A stretch of 64,000 nucleotides of DNA from Pseudomonadota bacterium (GCA_023387235.1 JAEWIJ010000205.1:8294-72293); one strand, 5' to 3'. Shown: positions 1-11,700, numbered from the stretch's first letter. The notes: generated from the sequence alone by a model not told the origin. Translations and numbers: made by a program.

Positions 1-1711
1 CCATGCCGCTCGATTTGGTCGTGAAGAACGGATCGAAGATGCGATCGGTGAGCGTCGGATCGATGCCTTCGCCGCTGTCTGCAATCGTGATCACGAGAGC
101 GTTGTCTTCTCCGGCATCGGAGCTTATGCAGAGCCGTCTCGGGGCATCTTGCCCGCGCATGGCATCGACGGCATTGGTCGTCAGATTCAGGATGACCTGC
201 TCGAGCTGTATTCGATCGGCGAGAATTTCCGGTGCGCCGCTTGCCAGCTCGAGCTGCAGCGCAATCTGCTCCGCGCTTATCTTGTCCTGCAAGTGACCGA
301 CGACATCCTCGATGAGCTCGTTCACCGACAGGCGTATCTTGGGCCGGATATCCCTTTTGACCATGGCCCGCACGCTGGCGATGATCTCGCTTGCGAGGTG
401 TCCGTCTCTCCTGATGCGGGTCAGGGCCTCCTTGACCTTTCCCAGATCGGGCGACGCATTGGCGAGCCACCGCAGACCCGCGCCGGAATTGGTGACGATC
501 GCGCCGAGCGGCTGATTGATCTCATGGGCGATCGAGGCCGCCATGGCGCCCATCGTGGTGAGCTGCGTGGCGCGCGCGAACTCCTGCGCCTGCGCGGTCT
601 CTCGCTCGCGCGCCGCAGAGAGCTCCTCGAGCATGTCGTTGAAGGCCGTCGTAACCCTGCCGATCTCGTCCCTGCTCTTGTAGGTCACCCTCAGGCTGTA
701 GTCCTTCGTGCTGCGCACCTCCGATGCAACCCCCTCGAGCTGCTTGAGCGGCGGCACGATATGGCGATGGGTCAGGAGCGCGGCGATGAAGCTCAGCACG
801 GAAAGCGCACCGATCAAGGCCAGACCGGCGAGGAGCCTGCGGACCATGGACGAGACCCGCTGCTGCAGCAGGCGGTCCAGCTCGACCTGGGCAGCATTCC
901 AGGCAGCGAGCGCGCTCTCCACCGTTCGGTTGTGGAACTGATGGAATGCCGGCATGTCCCGCGCGTCGATCCCGGCAACGCTGATGTGTACCGCACCCAT
1001 ATACGATTGCAGGCTCGAGTTGAGCGCGATGAAGCTCGGCCCGAGGCGTCGCATCAGGTCGGGATCGAGGTTTCCGCGTTGCGCGGCTTCGAGGTTGTGA
1101 CGGATCTCGTCGGCCGTCGATCGAAGAAGGCCCGCGAGCATCGACAAGCGGGCTTCCATCATGTCCGGCGTCTCCCGCGCGCGAACGCCTGCTTCGAAAT
1201 ACCCTTGCAGCTCGGCAAGACGGGTCATGAACGCCGGGAGTTTGATCATGACGATGCTGTGGAGATAGTAGGTGTCCAGATCCGGATCGAGCGTGAGGTT
1301 CGAATCGTCGCTGATACGCGTGATCAATTCCTGCCCCTTGGAAAGAACGTCGATGAGCAGGGAATTGCGCTTCGAGACATCCGCGCTGCTCGCCCAGTAC
1401 GCACGAAGCAGGTCGGCCCAGTCCTGTGCGAGCTTCGTCGTCTGGAGACGGTGCGCCGCCCGGCTGTCCGCTTCGGCAAGAGCCGTCAGGAGCTCGTTCT
1501 GCGAAGAATCCGAAGCAGGCACGGGCGCAAGAATGGCCGCATAGATGGCGCGCACGGTCGTGAGGTATCGGGTTCCGACAAGCTCCTTGCGCGTGAAATC
1601 GATGGCGATCCTTTTCTCTGCGATCAGGGAGTAGATGGGCGCGATTGTCGACACCAACAGCGCACCCCACAAGATCAGCAGCTTGGTGCGAATTGGCAAA
1701 TTCTTGAACAT
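1..1711 (-). CDS. sensor histidine kinase (2 TM, HAMP, HisKA, HATPase_c); C-terminus runs off the window
   Basis: Not in the ORF track because there is no stop in the window. My translation from ATG 1711-1709 reads MFKNLPIRTKLLILWGALLV... It has a second TM (LLAGLALIGALSVLSFIAALL), a HAMP domain (GRVTTAFNDMLEEL), an H-box (MAASIAHEINQPLGAI) and FDPFFTTKSSGM at the window edge. Confidence 0.85.
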   Translation of the reverse strand, partial: MFKNLPIRTKLLILWGALLVSTIAPIYSLIAEKRIAIDFTRKELVGTRYLTTVRAIYAAILAPVPASDSSQNELLTALAEADSRAAHRLQTTKLAQDWADLLRAYWASSADVSKRNSLLIDVLSKGQELITRISDDSNLTLDPDLDTYYLHSIVMIKLPAFMTRLAELQGYFEAGVRARETPDMMEARLSMLAGLLRSTADEIRHNLEAAQRGNLDPDLMRRLGPSFIALNSSLQSYMGAVHISVAGIDARDMPAFHQFHNRTVESALAAWNAAQVELDRLLQQRVSSMVRRLLAGLALIGALSVLSFIAALLTHRHIVPPLKQLEGVASEVRSTKDYSLRVTYKSRDEIGRVTTAFNDMLEELSAARERETAQAQEFARATQLTTMGAMAASIAHEINQPLGAIVTNSGAGLRWLANASPDLGKVKEALTRIRRDGHLASEIIASVRAMVKRDIRPKIRLSVNELIEDVVGHLQDKISAEQIALQLELASGAPEILADRIQLEQVILNLTTNAVDAMRGQDAPRRLCISSDAGEDNALVITIADSGEGIDPTLTDRIFDPFFTTKSSGM

Positions 1712-1905
1712 GCAACCTCAGGCTGGCTTGTCCGGCGAGGTCTCGGCTCAATCGACGCGAAACATCCATAGGTGCAATGCTGACGATCCCGCACATTGCG
1801 CTTGCAGGCAACCGCCGTTTGCCGCGCGGGCTGTAATTTTCTTGAATGGCTTAACGTGGCAGGAGCATTTCGAGCGCGGCCGCGTGGTCACGAGTAGGGC
1901 TGCTG

Positions 1906-3024
1906 CTAGTGCTGCTCGGCTGGGCGCGCCCTGAAAACGGGAGCGTTCCGAAGGGCGTCCCGGGTCGTGTCGAAGATGAGACGCACGCCGGAGCCGTGCT
2001 GCTCCCGATACAGCGCGCCAAATGGTACTGCGATATCCTTGTGGCCCAGACCGAGATCGTGATTGATCGCGACGACAGCGGCACTGAGCCTGCCGTCCGC
2101 TCCGATGAGCACGTCCTCGATCGTCCCGAGCCTCTCGCCCGCTCGATTGTAGATCGCCTTCTTGAAGTAGTCGCCGATCGAGATCCAATCGTCGCCTGCC
2201 TTCGGGATGAAGCCGGCGCGCGTGTTGTCGACGTTCGGCGATATCGCCGTAAGTGTCTGGTTCCCGCGAGGCGCTTCCGCGACCCGGGAAGGACTGGCTG
2301 GCAACAGCAGCCACCAGATGAGGGCGTACCACCAGACGAAACCGAGCACCACGAGCACCGGCAGCGCCCAGGCCGACCACACGCCGTCCGGCGCATCGTG
2401 GCTCGAGCTGTCCCTCGTGGCCTGCATTGTCGGTTGTCTCGAAGACGTTCTACCTAGCCAACGCAGCGAAGACGAGGAGCGCAGGCCCGCTTCCCCGTCG
2501 AGGTCGTCCTTGAGCAGCTCGTTCAGACCGGCGGGCATGGCCGCGGCGATCCCTTCTCTCTCGCTCTCGAGAAAGTGGCTCAGCCCTTCGGCATCCAAAC
2601 CCGAGGCCTGCTGCTCCCTGCCGAGAACGCCCAGGATGACGGGCGTGAGCAGGCCCATCAATGTCCTGGCTGGCCGTTCTCCGATGCCGGTGTAGCTGCC
2701 CACGATCCAGGCCGTGTGCCTGACGAGGCTTTCGCCGAGAAGCGCGGGCAGGACGCTGCCGCCCCTGATCTCGAATGCTGTAAGTGCGTCGTGATTGCCG
2801 GCAAGGGTCGACAGCGCGTCTGAAGGTTCTGCCACAATGGCCCTCGACAAACGCCAGACGCCGCCGGGCGTGCGGCCGAGATCGACCACTGCGCTCAAGA
2901 TGGCAGGCACGATAGCCTCGATCGCCATCTGCCCGCTGGCGCGGTCGAGCTCAGCGGCGGATGATATCCTTTCGACGAGCTCGGGTGTCAGGATGCGCGC
3001 TATTCCCGATACGATGCCAGTCAT
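1906..3024 (-). CDS. membrane protein with a DUF937-like N-terminus and a C-terminal PRC-barrel domain
   Basis: ORF 1906..3159; I prefer the internal ATG at 3024 (MTGIVSGIARILTPELVERISS...). There is a central W-rich TM (WALPVLVVLGFVWWYALIWWLLL). The C-terminus (GERLGTIEDVLIGADGRLSAAVVAI...DIAVPF) is typical of PRC-barrel domains. Confidence 0.7.
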   Translation of the reverse strand: MTGIVSGIARILTPELVERISSAAELDRASGQMAIEAIVPAILSAVVDLGRTPGGVWRLSRAIVAEPSDALSTLAGNHDALTAFEIRGGSVLPALLGESLVRHTAWIVGSYTGIGERPARTLMGLLTPVILGVLGREQQASGLDAEGLSHFLESEREGIAAAMPAGLNELLKDDLDGEAGLRSSSSLRWLGRTSSRQPTMQATRDSSSHDAPDGVWSAWALPVLVVLGFVWWYALIWWLLLPASPSRVAEAPRGNQTLTAISPNVDNTRAGFIPKAGDDWISIGDYFKKAIYNRAGERLGTIEDVLIGADGRLSAAVVAINHDLGLGHKDIAVPFGALYREQHGSGVRLIFDTTRDALRNAPVFRARPAEQH

Positions 3025-3313
3025 CAGGCCCCCATCGCTCTTCGAACGCGCGTGGTCCTCGAAAACACCGAAGTGGATGCGCGCGGCCGCGCCGCTCGTG
3101 GTGCTCCACGTACTGCGGTCAGACAAAAATCGGCCAGGCTCGGCTACACAGCGTCCCATCGGCAGAATGCTCCGACATCGTTCACTACGCCGTTGCAGAG
3201 GTATGGCGTACTGACGCGCATCAATCGATTGTGCGCGTGTATCGGCCCCCTAGCCCTGTGGGAGATGCGGCTTATTCCAAAGGATAGGGTGGCGCGGCGC
3301 TTCCGCGGTGGAG

Positions 3314-3733
3314 CTAGTGCTCTGAGGGCCCCGCGCCGTGCCCGTTGAGGGCTCCCTCGAGGCAGGAAATGAGACTTTCCTCCCTCACGGGCTTCGTCAG
3401 GAAGCAGCGCGCGCCAAGATCGAGTGCCGTCGTGCGCACGTGCGCCTCGGGATGCGCTGTCACGACAATCGTCGGGATGCGATATCCGACGCTGAGCAGA
3501 TGGCGCAGCAGCTCCAGCCCGCTCAGTCCCGTCATGCGCACGTCAGTGACGAGGCACGAGGTGCGCGCGAGCTGCTCCGAGCCGAGGAATTCCTCCGCCG
3601 ATGCGAATGCCGCTGCCGTATACCCGTATGCCTCCAGGAGGCTCATCGTGGCCTCGCGGATCGACGGGTCGTCGTCAACGATCGAGATGAGTGAAGGGTC
3701 GGCCAATGCACACCACCAGATGACGGTATACAT
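3314..3733 (-). CDS. single-domain response regulator (CheY-like receiver)
   Basis: Receiver signature: ISIVDDDPSIRE...CLVTDVRMTGLSGLELL...PTIVVTAH...FLTKP. The start is ambiguous (TTG 3736, ATG 3733 or a later TTG). Confidence 0.8.
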   Translation of the reverse strand: MYTVIWWCALADPSLISIVDDDPSIREATMSLLEAYGYTAAAFASAEEFLGSEQLARTSCLVTDVRMTGLSGLELLRHLLSVGYRIPTIVVTAHPEAHVRTTALDLGARCFLTKPVREESLISCLEGALNGHGAGPSEH

Positions 3734-3784
3734 CAAATAGGCACAAGCACGTCGGCGAGGAACTATACATAGGTTTAGACAACT

Positions 3785-4420
3785 TCAGCCGGCACTGTTC
3801 GCGCCGAGTTCCTGCACCATCTTGATCACGCTCGCGAGCGATTTGGCGCCCATTTTCCGCATGGCATTGGCGCGGTGCACCTTCACCGTAATCTCGGTTA
3901 CGCCGAGCTCGCCGGCGATCTGCTTGTTCATCAGTCCGGTACTCACGAGCGTGATGACCTGCTGCTCGCGGGGCGTCAACGATTCGAAGCGGGAGCGCAA
4001 ATCGGTCACGGACCTGAGCTGTTGACGGCGCGCACGATCCATCTCCAGGCCTTGCCGCACGGCATCGAGCAGATCCTGATCGCGGAACGGCTTGGTCAGG
4101 AACTCGACGGCGCCGGCCTTTATCGCCTTCACGGTCATCGGGATATCGCCGTGTCCGGTGATGAACACGATCGGCATCCGAATATCCGCCTGAGCAAAAT
4201 GGGCCTGCAAATCCAGCCCGCTCATGCCTGGAAGTCTGACGTCCAGCACCAGGCAGCTCGGGCAGTCCGCGGTTCTATGGCTGAGGAACTCCGGCACCGA
4301 GCCGAAGGCATCGGCGCGCAAGCCAACCGACTCGAACAGCGCGACGAGCGCCTCGCGCATGGACACGTCGTCCTCGACGACGAATATCATCGACTGAGCA
4401 TTGTCAGGACCGGAAGCCAC
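3785..4420 (-). CDS. FixJ/NarL-family response regulator (REC plus LuxR-type HTH)
   Basis: IFVVEDDVSMREAL...LVLDVRLPGMSGLDL...VFITGHGDIPMTVKAIKAGAVEFLTKP, then LTPREQQVITLVSTGLMNKQIAGELGVTEITVKVHRANAMRKMG. Confidence 0.9.
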   Translation of the reverse strand: MASGPDNAQSMIFVVEDDVSMREALVALFESVGLRADAFGSVPEFLSHRTADCPSCLVLDVRLPGMSGLDLQAHFAQADIRMPIVFITGHGDIPMTVKAIKAGAVEFLTKPFRDQDLLDAVRQGLEMDRARRQQLRSVTDLRSRFESLTPREQQVITLVSTGLMNKQIAGELGVTEITVKVHRANAMRKMGAKSLASVIKMVQELGANSAG

Positions 4421-4729
4421 GGGGCACCTGAAACTGGAAGCATTCGATGCAACGGCCTCTGACGCGACCCGCGCGACAGAAACGAAATGCGCAGCACAAT
4501 AAATGTCAGCATAGCCTACGACGTGAGCTTAGCACAGCCGATGCACTCTTCGGTTAACGGAGGTTCCGTGCGCCCACGCAGACGATGCAGCGCGTGCCGG
4601 ACGCGGCCCCCCCACGCGCGGAGCAATCGGCGATGTGTGTCGCCGCTTCGCCCGCGCAATGCGACAAGCTCTTCGAGGGTTGCCACCGCTCGGCTCAGTG
4701 GCTATTGCTCGTATTGAGCTGAGGGAAGG

Positions 4730-5107
4730 ATGTCAGCGAGCGAGCTCATACCGCAGGATGTCACCGACTTCCTGCTCAGGACGATCGCGTCGGTCGCGGA
4801 ACTCGAGGCGCTGCTGCTCATGCGTCGCGAGATGGTGCCGTGGAGTGTGGAAACTCTTGCGCGACGCCTCTATGTTCCGCCCGCCGAGGCCGAGCTCGTC
4901 CTGCGCGCTCTCATGCACCTCAGCTTCGTCGTTCAGGACGACGAGGGGTACCGGTATGAATGCGCCGCGCCGGAGCTCGATCGCATGGTTGAGCGGACCG
5001 CGGAAGTCTATGCGCGACACCTCATTCCCGTAACCAAGCTCATTCACGACCATGGCCGCCGGATCCGGCGTTTTGCGGATGCCTTCAGGTTGCGGAGAGA
5101 CTCCTGA
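4730..5107 (+). CDS. hypothetical soluble 125-aa protein, first gene of the poly-HAMP operon
   Basis: Clean ORF with GC-rich third positions. Its stop lies 2 nt before the next ATG (5110). I recognise no family. Confidence 0.6.
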   Translation: MSASELIPQDVTDFLLRTIASVAELEALLLMRREMVPWSVETLARRLYVPPAEAELVLRALMHLSFVVQDDEGYRYECAAPELDRMVERTAEVYARHLIPVTKLIHDHGRRIRRFADAFRLRRDS

Positions 5108-5109
5108 TC

Positions 5110-5367
5110 ATGGCGATGCTCATATATGGTCTGTGTGCACTCACCGCTTTCGCCTGCGCCTGCCTGCTGCTGCGGGCCTACGCGCGAAGTCAATACCGAT
5201 TGCTGCTTTGGAGCGGTCTCTGCTTCGTCGGCCTCACTTTGAACAATGTCTTTTTGATCGCTGACAAGCTCGTGTTTCCCGATGTGGACTTTGGCATGGC
5301 ACGCTCGATCAGCGCCCTGGTGGCGATGGTTATCCTGATCTACGGCCTTGTTTGGGACGCGGAATAG
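5110..5367 (+). CDS. small 3-TM membrane protein (85 aa), paralogue A
   Basis: Three hydrophobic helices: LIYGLCALTAFACACLLL, LLLWSGLCFVGLTLNNVFLI, ISALVAMVILIYGLVW. From memory it resembles the small family annotated DUF5985; unverified. Confidence 0.65.
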   Translation: MAMLIYGLCALTAFACACLLLRAYARSQYRLLLWSGLCFVGLTLNNVFLIADKLVFPDVDFGMARSISALVAMVILIYGLVWDAE

Positions 5368-5631
5368 ATGAATGGCGTGATCTCAGGCGCGGTTGCGATG
5401 GCATCGGCGGTTGCGGCGTTGTTCTTCCTCAAGTACTGGCGGCAGACGCGCGACCGTTTCTTCATAATGTTCGCCCTGGCGTTCGCTATAGACAGCGCGG
5501 GACGGCTTGTGCTGGCCATGATAGGTGCCGCCGAGGACTTCGAGCCTTATGCCTATCTCACGCGGCTGCTGATGTTTGGACTTATCATTGCCGCCGTGAT
5601 CGACAAGAACAGCTCACAAAAAATCCCCTGA
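5368..5631 (+). CDS. small 3-TM membrane protein (87 aa), paralogue B
   Basis: The ATG directly follows the previous stop. It has the same layout as 5110..5367 ([20 protein letters not shown] versus LLRAYARSQYRLLLWSGLCF). Confidence 0.65.
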   Translation: MNGVISGAVAMASAVAALFFLKYWRQTRDRFFIMFALAFAIDSAGRLVLAMIGAAEDFEPYAYLTRLLMFGLIIAAVIDKNSSQKIP

Positions 5632-5636
5632 CCCCC

Positions 5637-5661
5637 GGAACCGGATCGGTAACTCAGCGTT
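5637..5661 (+). promoter_or_regulatory. sigma-EcfG-type (general stress response) promoter motif GGAAC-N16-CGTT
   Basis: GGAAC 5637-5641, a 16-nt spacer, CGTT 5658-5661. It sits in the 100-bp gap upstream of the ATG at 5732, in the correct orientation. Confidence 0.55.
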
Positions 5662-5731
5662 TAGGCGTCAGCAGACTTGCGGCCCGCGCGCGTGGTTCGG
5701 CCATGGCGTAGCAGTTCAGGGGGAGTACGGC

Positions 5732-8700
5732 ATGGGTGAGCCAGTAGACGGCGTCACTGCGGTGGGGGCTCGCTTTCCGCACACCGGTCTCGTCGATCTT
5801 CTCGCAGCACTCCAGGCAGTCAAGGACGGCGATTTTTCGGTTCGCATGCCCGGCGATCACGCCGGCATCTATGGCAAGGTCTGCGACACGCTGAACGAGA
5901 TCGTCTCCGCCAACGCGCGCATGGCGCACCAGCTCCAGACCATCGGACAAGTGGTCGGCAAGGATGGTCAGACGCGTCGGCGTGTCCGGCTCGGCATCGC
6001 GAGCGGCGCCTGGGGCGAGATGGAACATTCGGTCAACGCGCTGATCGACGATCTCCTGTGGCCGACCAGCGAGGTGACGCGGAGCATCGAGGCGGTCGCG
6101 CAGGGCAATCTCCTGCAGACCATGCGCCTCGAGGTCGATGGGCGCCGTCTCAAGGGAGAATTCCTTCGCACGGCAACGATCGTCAATACGATGATCAAGC
6201 AGTTGTCGGTCTTCACCTCGGAGGTGACGCGCGTCGCGCGCGAAGTGGGCACGGACGGCAAGCTCGGCGGCCAGGCGCAGGTGCGCGAGGTGACGGGTGT
6301 CTGGAAGGACCTGACCGAGAGCGTCAACTCCTTGGCGTCGAACCTCACGGCGCAGGTCCGCAATATCGCCGAGGTCACGATCGCGGTCGCCAACGGCGAT
6401 CTCTCCAAGAAGATCACCGTCGACGTCCGTGGCGAAATTCTGCAGCTCAAGGAAGCCATCAACACGATGGTCGACCAGCTTCGGTCATTCGCGGCCGAAG
6501 TGACGCGCGTCGCGCGCGAGGTGGGCACGGAAGGCCGGCTCGGCGGGCAGGCGGTCGTTCCAGGCGTCGGCGGCACGTGGAAGGATCTCACCGATAACGT
6601 GAACCTTCTGGCGGCAAACCTCACCACGCAGGTCCGCAATATCGCGGAGGTGACCACCGCCGTCGCCCGTGGTGACCTGTCGCGAAAGATCACGGTCGAT
6701 GTGCGCGGCGAGATTCTCGAGCTCAAGGACACCATCAACACGATGGTGGATCAGCTCAACGGTTTTGCGTCGGAGGTGACGCGCGTCGCCCGCGAAGTGG
6801 GAACCGAGGGCCAGCTCGGTGGGCAGGCCACGGTGCCCGGCGTTGCCGGCACCTGGAAGGATCTCACCGACAACGTCAACTCGATGGCCGGCAACCTGAC
6901 CGGTCAGGTCCGCAATATCGCCGAGGTCGCAACCGCTATCGCCAACGGCGATCTCTCCAAGCAGATCACAGTCAACGTGTCCGGCGAGATGCTGCAGCTC
7001 AAGGAGACCATCAATACGATGGTCGACCAGTTGAACGGCTTTGCTTCCGAGGTGACGCGTGTCGCGCGCGAAGTGGGCACCGAGGGCCGGCTCGGCGGCC
7101 AGGCCGACGTGCGCGGCGCTGCCGGCACCTGGAAGGATCTGACCGACAACGTCAACTCGATGGCGTCGAACCTGACGACGCAGGTCCGCAATATCGCCGA
7201 GGTATCGACCGCGATCGCGACCGGCGATCTCTCGAAGAAGATCGATGTCGATGCGCGCGGCGAGGTGCTCGAGCTGAAGGAGACCATCAACACGATGGTG
7301 GACCAGCTCAATGCCTTCGCCGGCGAGGTGACGCGCGTCGCGCGCGAGGTGGGCACGGAAGGCAAGCTCGGCGGACAGGCGACGGTACGCGGCGTCGCCG
7401 GAACGTGGAAAGATCTGACCGACAACGTCAACTCGATGGCGAGCAACCTGACCGGCCAGGTCCGGAGCATTGCCGAGGTCGCGACCGCGGTCGCGCAAGG
7501 TGATCTCTCGAAGAAAATCGCCGTCAACGCGAGCGGCGAGATCCTCACGCTCGCGCAGACTTTCAACACGATGGTCGATCAGCTCAACGCCTTTGCAGCC
7601 GAGGTGACGCGCGTCGCGCGCGAGGTCGGCACGGACGGAAAGCTCGGCGGCCAGGCCGTGGTGCCGGGCGTCGCCGGTACGTGGAAGGATCTGACCGACA
7701 GCGTCAACTCGATGGCCGGCAACCTCACGGCCCAGGTGCGTAACATCGCCGAGGTCGCGACCGCCATCGCGCGCGGCGATCTCTCGAGCAAGATCACGGT
7801 CGACGTGCAGGGCGAGATCCTTCAGCTGAAGGAAACCCTCAACACGATGGTCGATCAGCTCAACCGCTTCGCTGGCGAGGTGACGCGCGTCGCGCGCGAG
7901 GTCGGCACCGAGGGGCGGCTCAGCGGACAGGCCAACGTGCCGGGTGTCGCCGGCACCTGGAAGGACCTGACCGACAGCGTCAACTCGATGGCCTCGAACC
8001 TGACGGCGCAGGTGCGCAATATCGCCGAGGTGACGACCGCGGTGGCGCGCGGCGACCTCTCGCGCAAGATCACCGTGGACGTGAAGGGTGAGATCCTCGA
8101 GCTCAAGAACACCATCAATACGATGGTGGATCAGCTCAACTCGTTCGCCTCGGAAGTCACGCGCGTTGCCCGCGAGGTCGGCACCGAGGGCAAGCTCGGC
8201 GGGCAGGCGGCCGTGCCCGATGTCGCCGGCACATGGAAGGACCTGACCGACAGCGTCAACTTCATGGCTGGCAACCTCACGGCCCAGGTGCGCAATATCG
8301 CCGAGGTGGCGACTGCGATCGCGAGCGGCGACCTCTCCAAGAAGATCACCGTCGATGTGCGCGGTGAGATCCTGCAGCTCAAGGAAACCCTGAACACGAT
8401 GGTCGAGCAGCTTCGGTCGTTTGCGGCTGAGGTGACACGCGTCGCGCGCGAAGTCGGCACCGAGGGTCGCCTCGGCGGTCAGGCCGTCGTTCCGGGCGTC
8501 GATGGCACATGGAAGGACCTCACGGATAACGTCAACCTGCTCGCCGCCAATCTCACGACCCAGGTGCGCAATATCGCCGAAGTCACGACCGCCGTGGCGC
8601 GCGGCGATCTTTCCCGCAAGATCACCGTCGACGTGAAGGGCGAGATTCTGGAGCTCAAGAACACCATCAACACGATGGTGGATCAGCTCAATGGCTTTGC

Positions 8701-11700
8701 CTCGGAGGTGACGCGCGTTTCCCGCGAGGTCGGAACGGAAGGCCGTCTCGGCGGTCAGGCGACCGTTCCCGGTGTCGCCGGCACCTGGAAGGACCTCACG
8801 GATACCGTCAACGTGATGGCGGCCAATCTCACCGAGCAGGTGCGTGGCATCGTCAAGGTCGTGACCGCCGTCGCCGAAGGCGATCTCAAGCAGCGGCTGA
8901 CCGTCCAGTCCAAGGGCGAGGTTGCTGCCCTCGCCGACACCATCAACGGCATGACGGAAACTTTGGCCATCTTCGCCGATCAGGTGACGACGGTTGCGCG
9001 CGAAGTCGGCGTCGAAGGTCGCCTCGGCGGTCAGGCCGATGTGCCCGGTGCGGCAGGCACGTGGAAGGACCTCACGGGCAACGTGAACCTGCTCGCCGAG
9101 AACCTCACGAACCAGGTGCGCGCCATCGCGGAGGTCGCGACCGCCGTGACCGAGGGCGATCTCACGCGCAACATTCAGGTCGAGGCGCGCGGCGAAGTTG
9201 CCGAGCTCAAGGACTACATCAACTCGATGATCGTTAACCTCCGCCTCACGACGGAGCGCAACACCGAGCAGGACTGGCTGAAGACGAATCTCGCGCGCTT
9301 CACGGGCATGCTGCAAGGCCAGCGCGATCTGGAGACGGTCGGGCGAACCATACTTTCGACACTCGTGCCGCTCGTGAAGGCGCAGCAGGGTGTCATCTAC
9401 CAGATCAGCAACACCACCCGCGCAAAGCCGCTCAAGCTGCTTGCGGCATATGGCAATCCCGTCGAGAGCGGCTTTCCGGAAGAGCTCGCGCTGGGCGCCG
9501 GTCTCATCGGCCAGTGCGCTGTCGACAAGCAGCATATTCTTCTCTCGGACGTGCCGCACGATACGATCCGCATCGATGCCGGTCTGATCAAGGCGATACC
9601 GCGCAGCGTCGCGGTGCTGCCCGTGACATTCGAAGGCGAGATCAAGGCCGTTATCTCGATCTCCTCGCTCAACGAGCTCGAGCCCATCCACCTGACCTTC
9701 CTGGAGCAGCTCACGTCGAACATCGGCATCGTCCTCAACAGTATCGAGGCGACCATGCGCACGGAGAGCCTGCTCGCGCAGTCGCAGACGCTCGCCACTG
9801 AGCTGCAGAGTCAGCAAAGGGAGCTACAGCAGACCAACGATCAGCTCGAGGTCAAGGCACAGCAGCTCGCCGAGCAGAACGTGGAGGTCGAGCGGAAGAA
9901 CCTGGAGATCGATCTTGCGCGTCGGGCGGTCGAGGAAAAGGCGGCGGAGCTTGCACTGACCTCGCGATACAAGTCCGAGTTCCTCGCGAACATGTCCCAC
10001 GAGCTGCGGACGCCACTGAACAGCATCCTCATTCTGAGTCAGCAGCTGACCGAGAATCCGGACGGCAATCTGACGGAGCGACAGGTCGAGTTTGCCCGCA
10101 CCGTCCTGAGCGCCGGCTCCGATCTGTTGACTCTCATCAGCGACATCCTCGATCTGTCGAAGATCGAGTCGGGCACGGTCACCGTCGAGGCGGAGGATAT
10201 TTCGCTCAACGGCCTTCTCGAGACTGTCGCACGGCCGTTCCGCCACGAAGCCGAGCGGCGGCAGCTCGCATTTCACGTCGAGCTCGATCAGGCGCTCGGC
10301 AAGACCATCAACACGGACTCGAAGCGCATTCAGCAGATCCTCAAGAACCTGCTTTCCAACGCCTTCAAATTTACTTCCGAAGGCAGCGTCCGGATCTCGG
10401 TCTTCCTCGCCAACGGCGGACCGCACGCAGAGACATCCTCGTTTGGCTCGTTCCCCCAAGTGGCCTTCGAGGTCGCGGACACCGGCATCGGGATTCCGCT
10501 CGACAAGCAGAAGCTGATCTTCGAGGCATTCCAGCAGGCGGATGCGAGCACGAGCCGCAAGTACGGCGGTACCGGCCTCGGGCTCGCGATCAGCCGCGAG
10601 CTCGCGAACCTGCTCGGCGGCGAGATTCAGCTCCGCAGCGAGCCCGGTTTTGGCAGCACCTTCACACTGTACGTGCCTTTCCGCTATGCGGGTCCGATGG
10701 GCCTCGATGCCATTCGTTATGCCGTCGGCACTGCTTCAGCAGCAGCCATTGAAGACGTAACCGAAGTGGAGGAGTTGCCCGCACCGATCGCCGACGATCG
10801 CGACGGCATAGGGCCCGGCGATGATGTCATTCTCATAGTCGATGACGATCCGACATTCGTACAGCTCCTGACGGAGATCGCGCGTGAGCGGCAATTCAAG
10901 GTGCTCGTCGCCTCGTGCGGTAGCGATGCCCTGGCCTTGGCCTTCGACTACAACCCGACGGCTATCTCCCTCGACGCGTTCTTGCCTGACATGATGGGAT
11001 GGTCCGTTCTCGGCGAGCTCAAGCGCAATCAGCTCACGCGGCACATCCCCGTCCAGATCGCCTCGGTCGACGAGGATCGAAATTACAGTCTCTCGCGCGG
11101 TGCCTTCGGGCATGTCGTGAAGCCCTCGTCCTTCGACGAACTCGGCCGCGCTCTCGATCGCTTGAGCGCGTTTGCGCGCAGCGACAGGCGCACGCTGCTC
11201 ATTGTCGAGAGCCATCAGCGCGATCGGGATGATCTCACCGAGCTTCTGGCGCATGACGAGGTGGATATTCTTACCGCAAGGACGGGACAGGAGGCATTGG
11301 CGCGTCTTCGCAGCGAGCCCGTTCGCTGCGTCATCCTTGATCTCGACCTCTCGGATATGACGGGCTTCGAGCTCATCGAGCAGATGAGCCGCAGTGAGGA
11401 TTTCCTGCAGGTGCCCGCGATCGTCTTCACGGGGAACGCACTGACCGCCGACGACGAAAGCCGCTTGCGCGCCCTGGCGCGGTCGAACGTCGTCAAGGGC
11501 GTCGAGTCGGCGGAGCGCCTTCTCGACGAAGTCGCGCTCTTCCTGCATCTCAATATCGCCAACCTTGCTGCGGACAAGCAGGAGCTGCTCGGGCGGCTCC
11601 ACAGGAGCGACGAGGACATCGTCGGCAAGACCGTCCTCGTTGTCGACGACGATGCGCGGAACATTTTTGCGTTGAGTAGCGTCCTCGAGCGCCGCGGCAT

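Noticed and set aside
149-1811. 540-aa (+) and 429-aa (-) ORFs from the track covering the first 1.8 kb
   Set aside because: Both are Arg-rich with no motifs. The third minus-strand frame gives a textbook histidine kinase (HAMP, H-box, ATPase) that the track omits because it lacks a stop in the window.
6221-9256. Regular 276-bp periodicity, considered as a CRISPR-like or satellite array
   Set aside because: The period is far longer than CRISPR repeat-spacer units, there are no unique spacers, and the whole array is in frame inside a kinase gene. It is protein-domain repetition.
6485-9817. 1110-aa ORF on the minus strand, itself highly repetitive
   Set aside because: It is the antisense shadow of the poly-HAMP array. 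It has Arg/His/Asp/Gly-rich low-complexity composition and no recognisable domains. Its openness is explained by GC-rich sense codons repeated 11 times.
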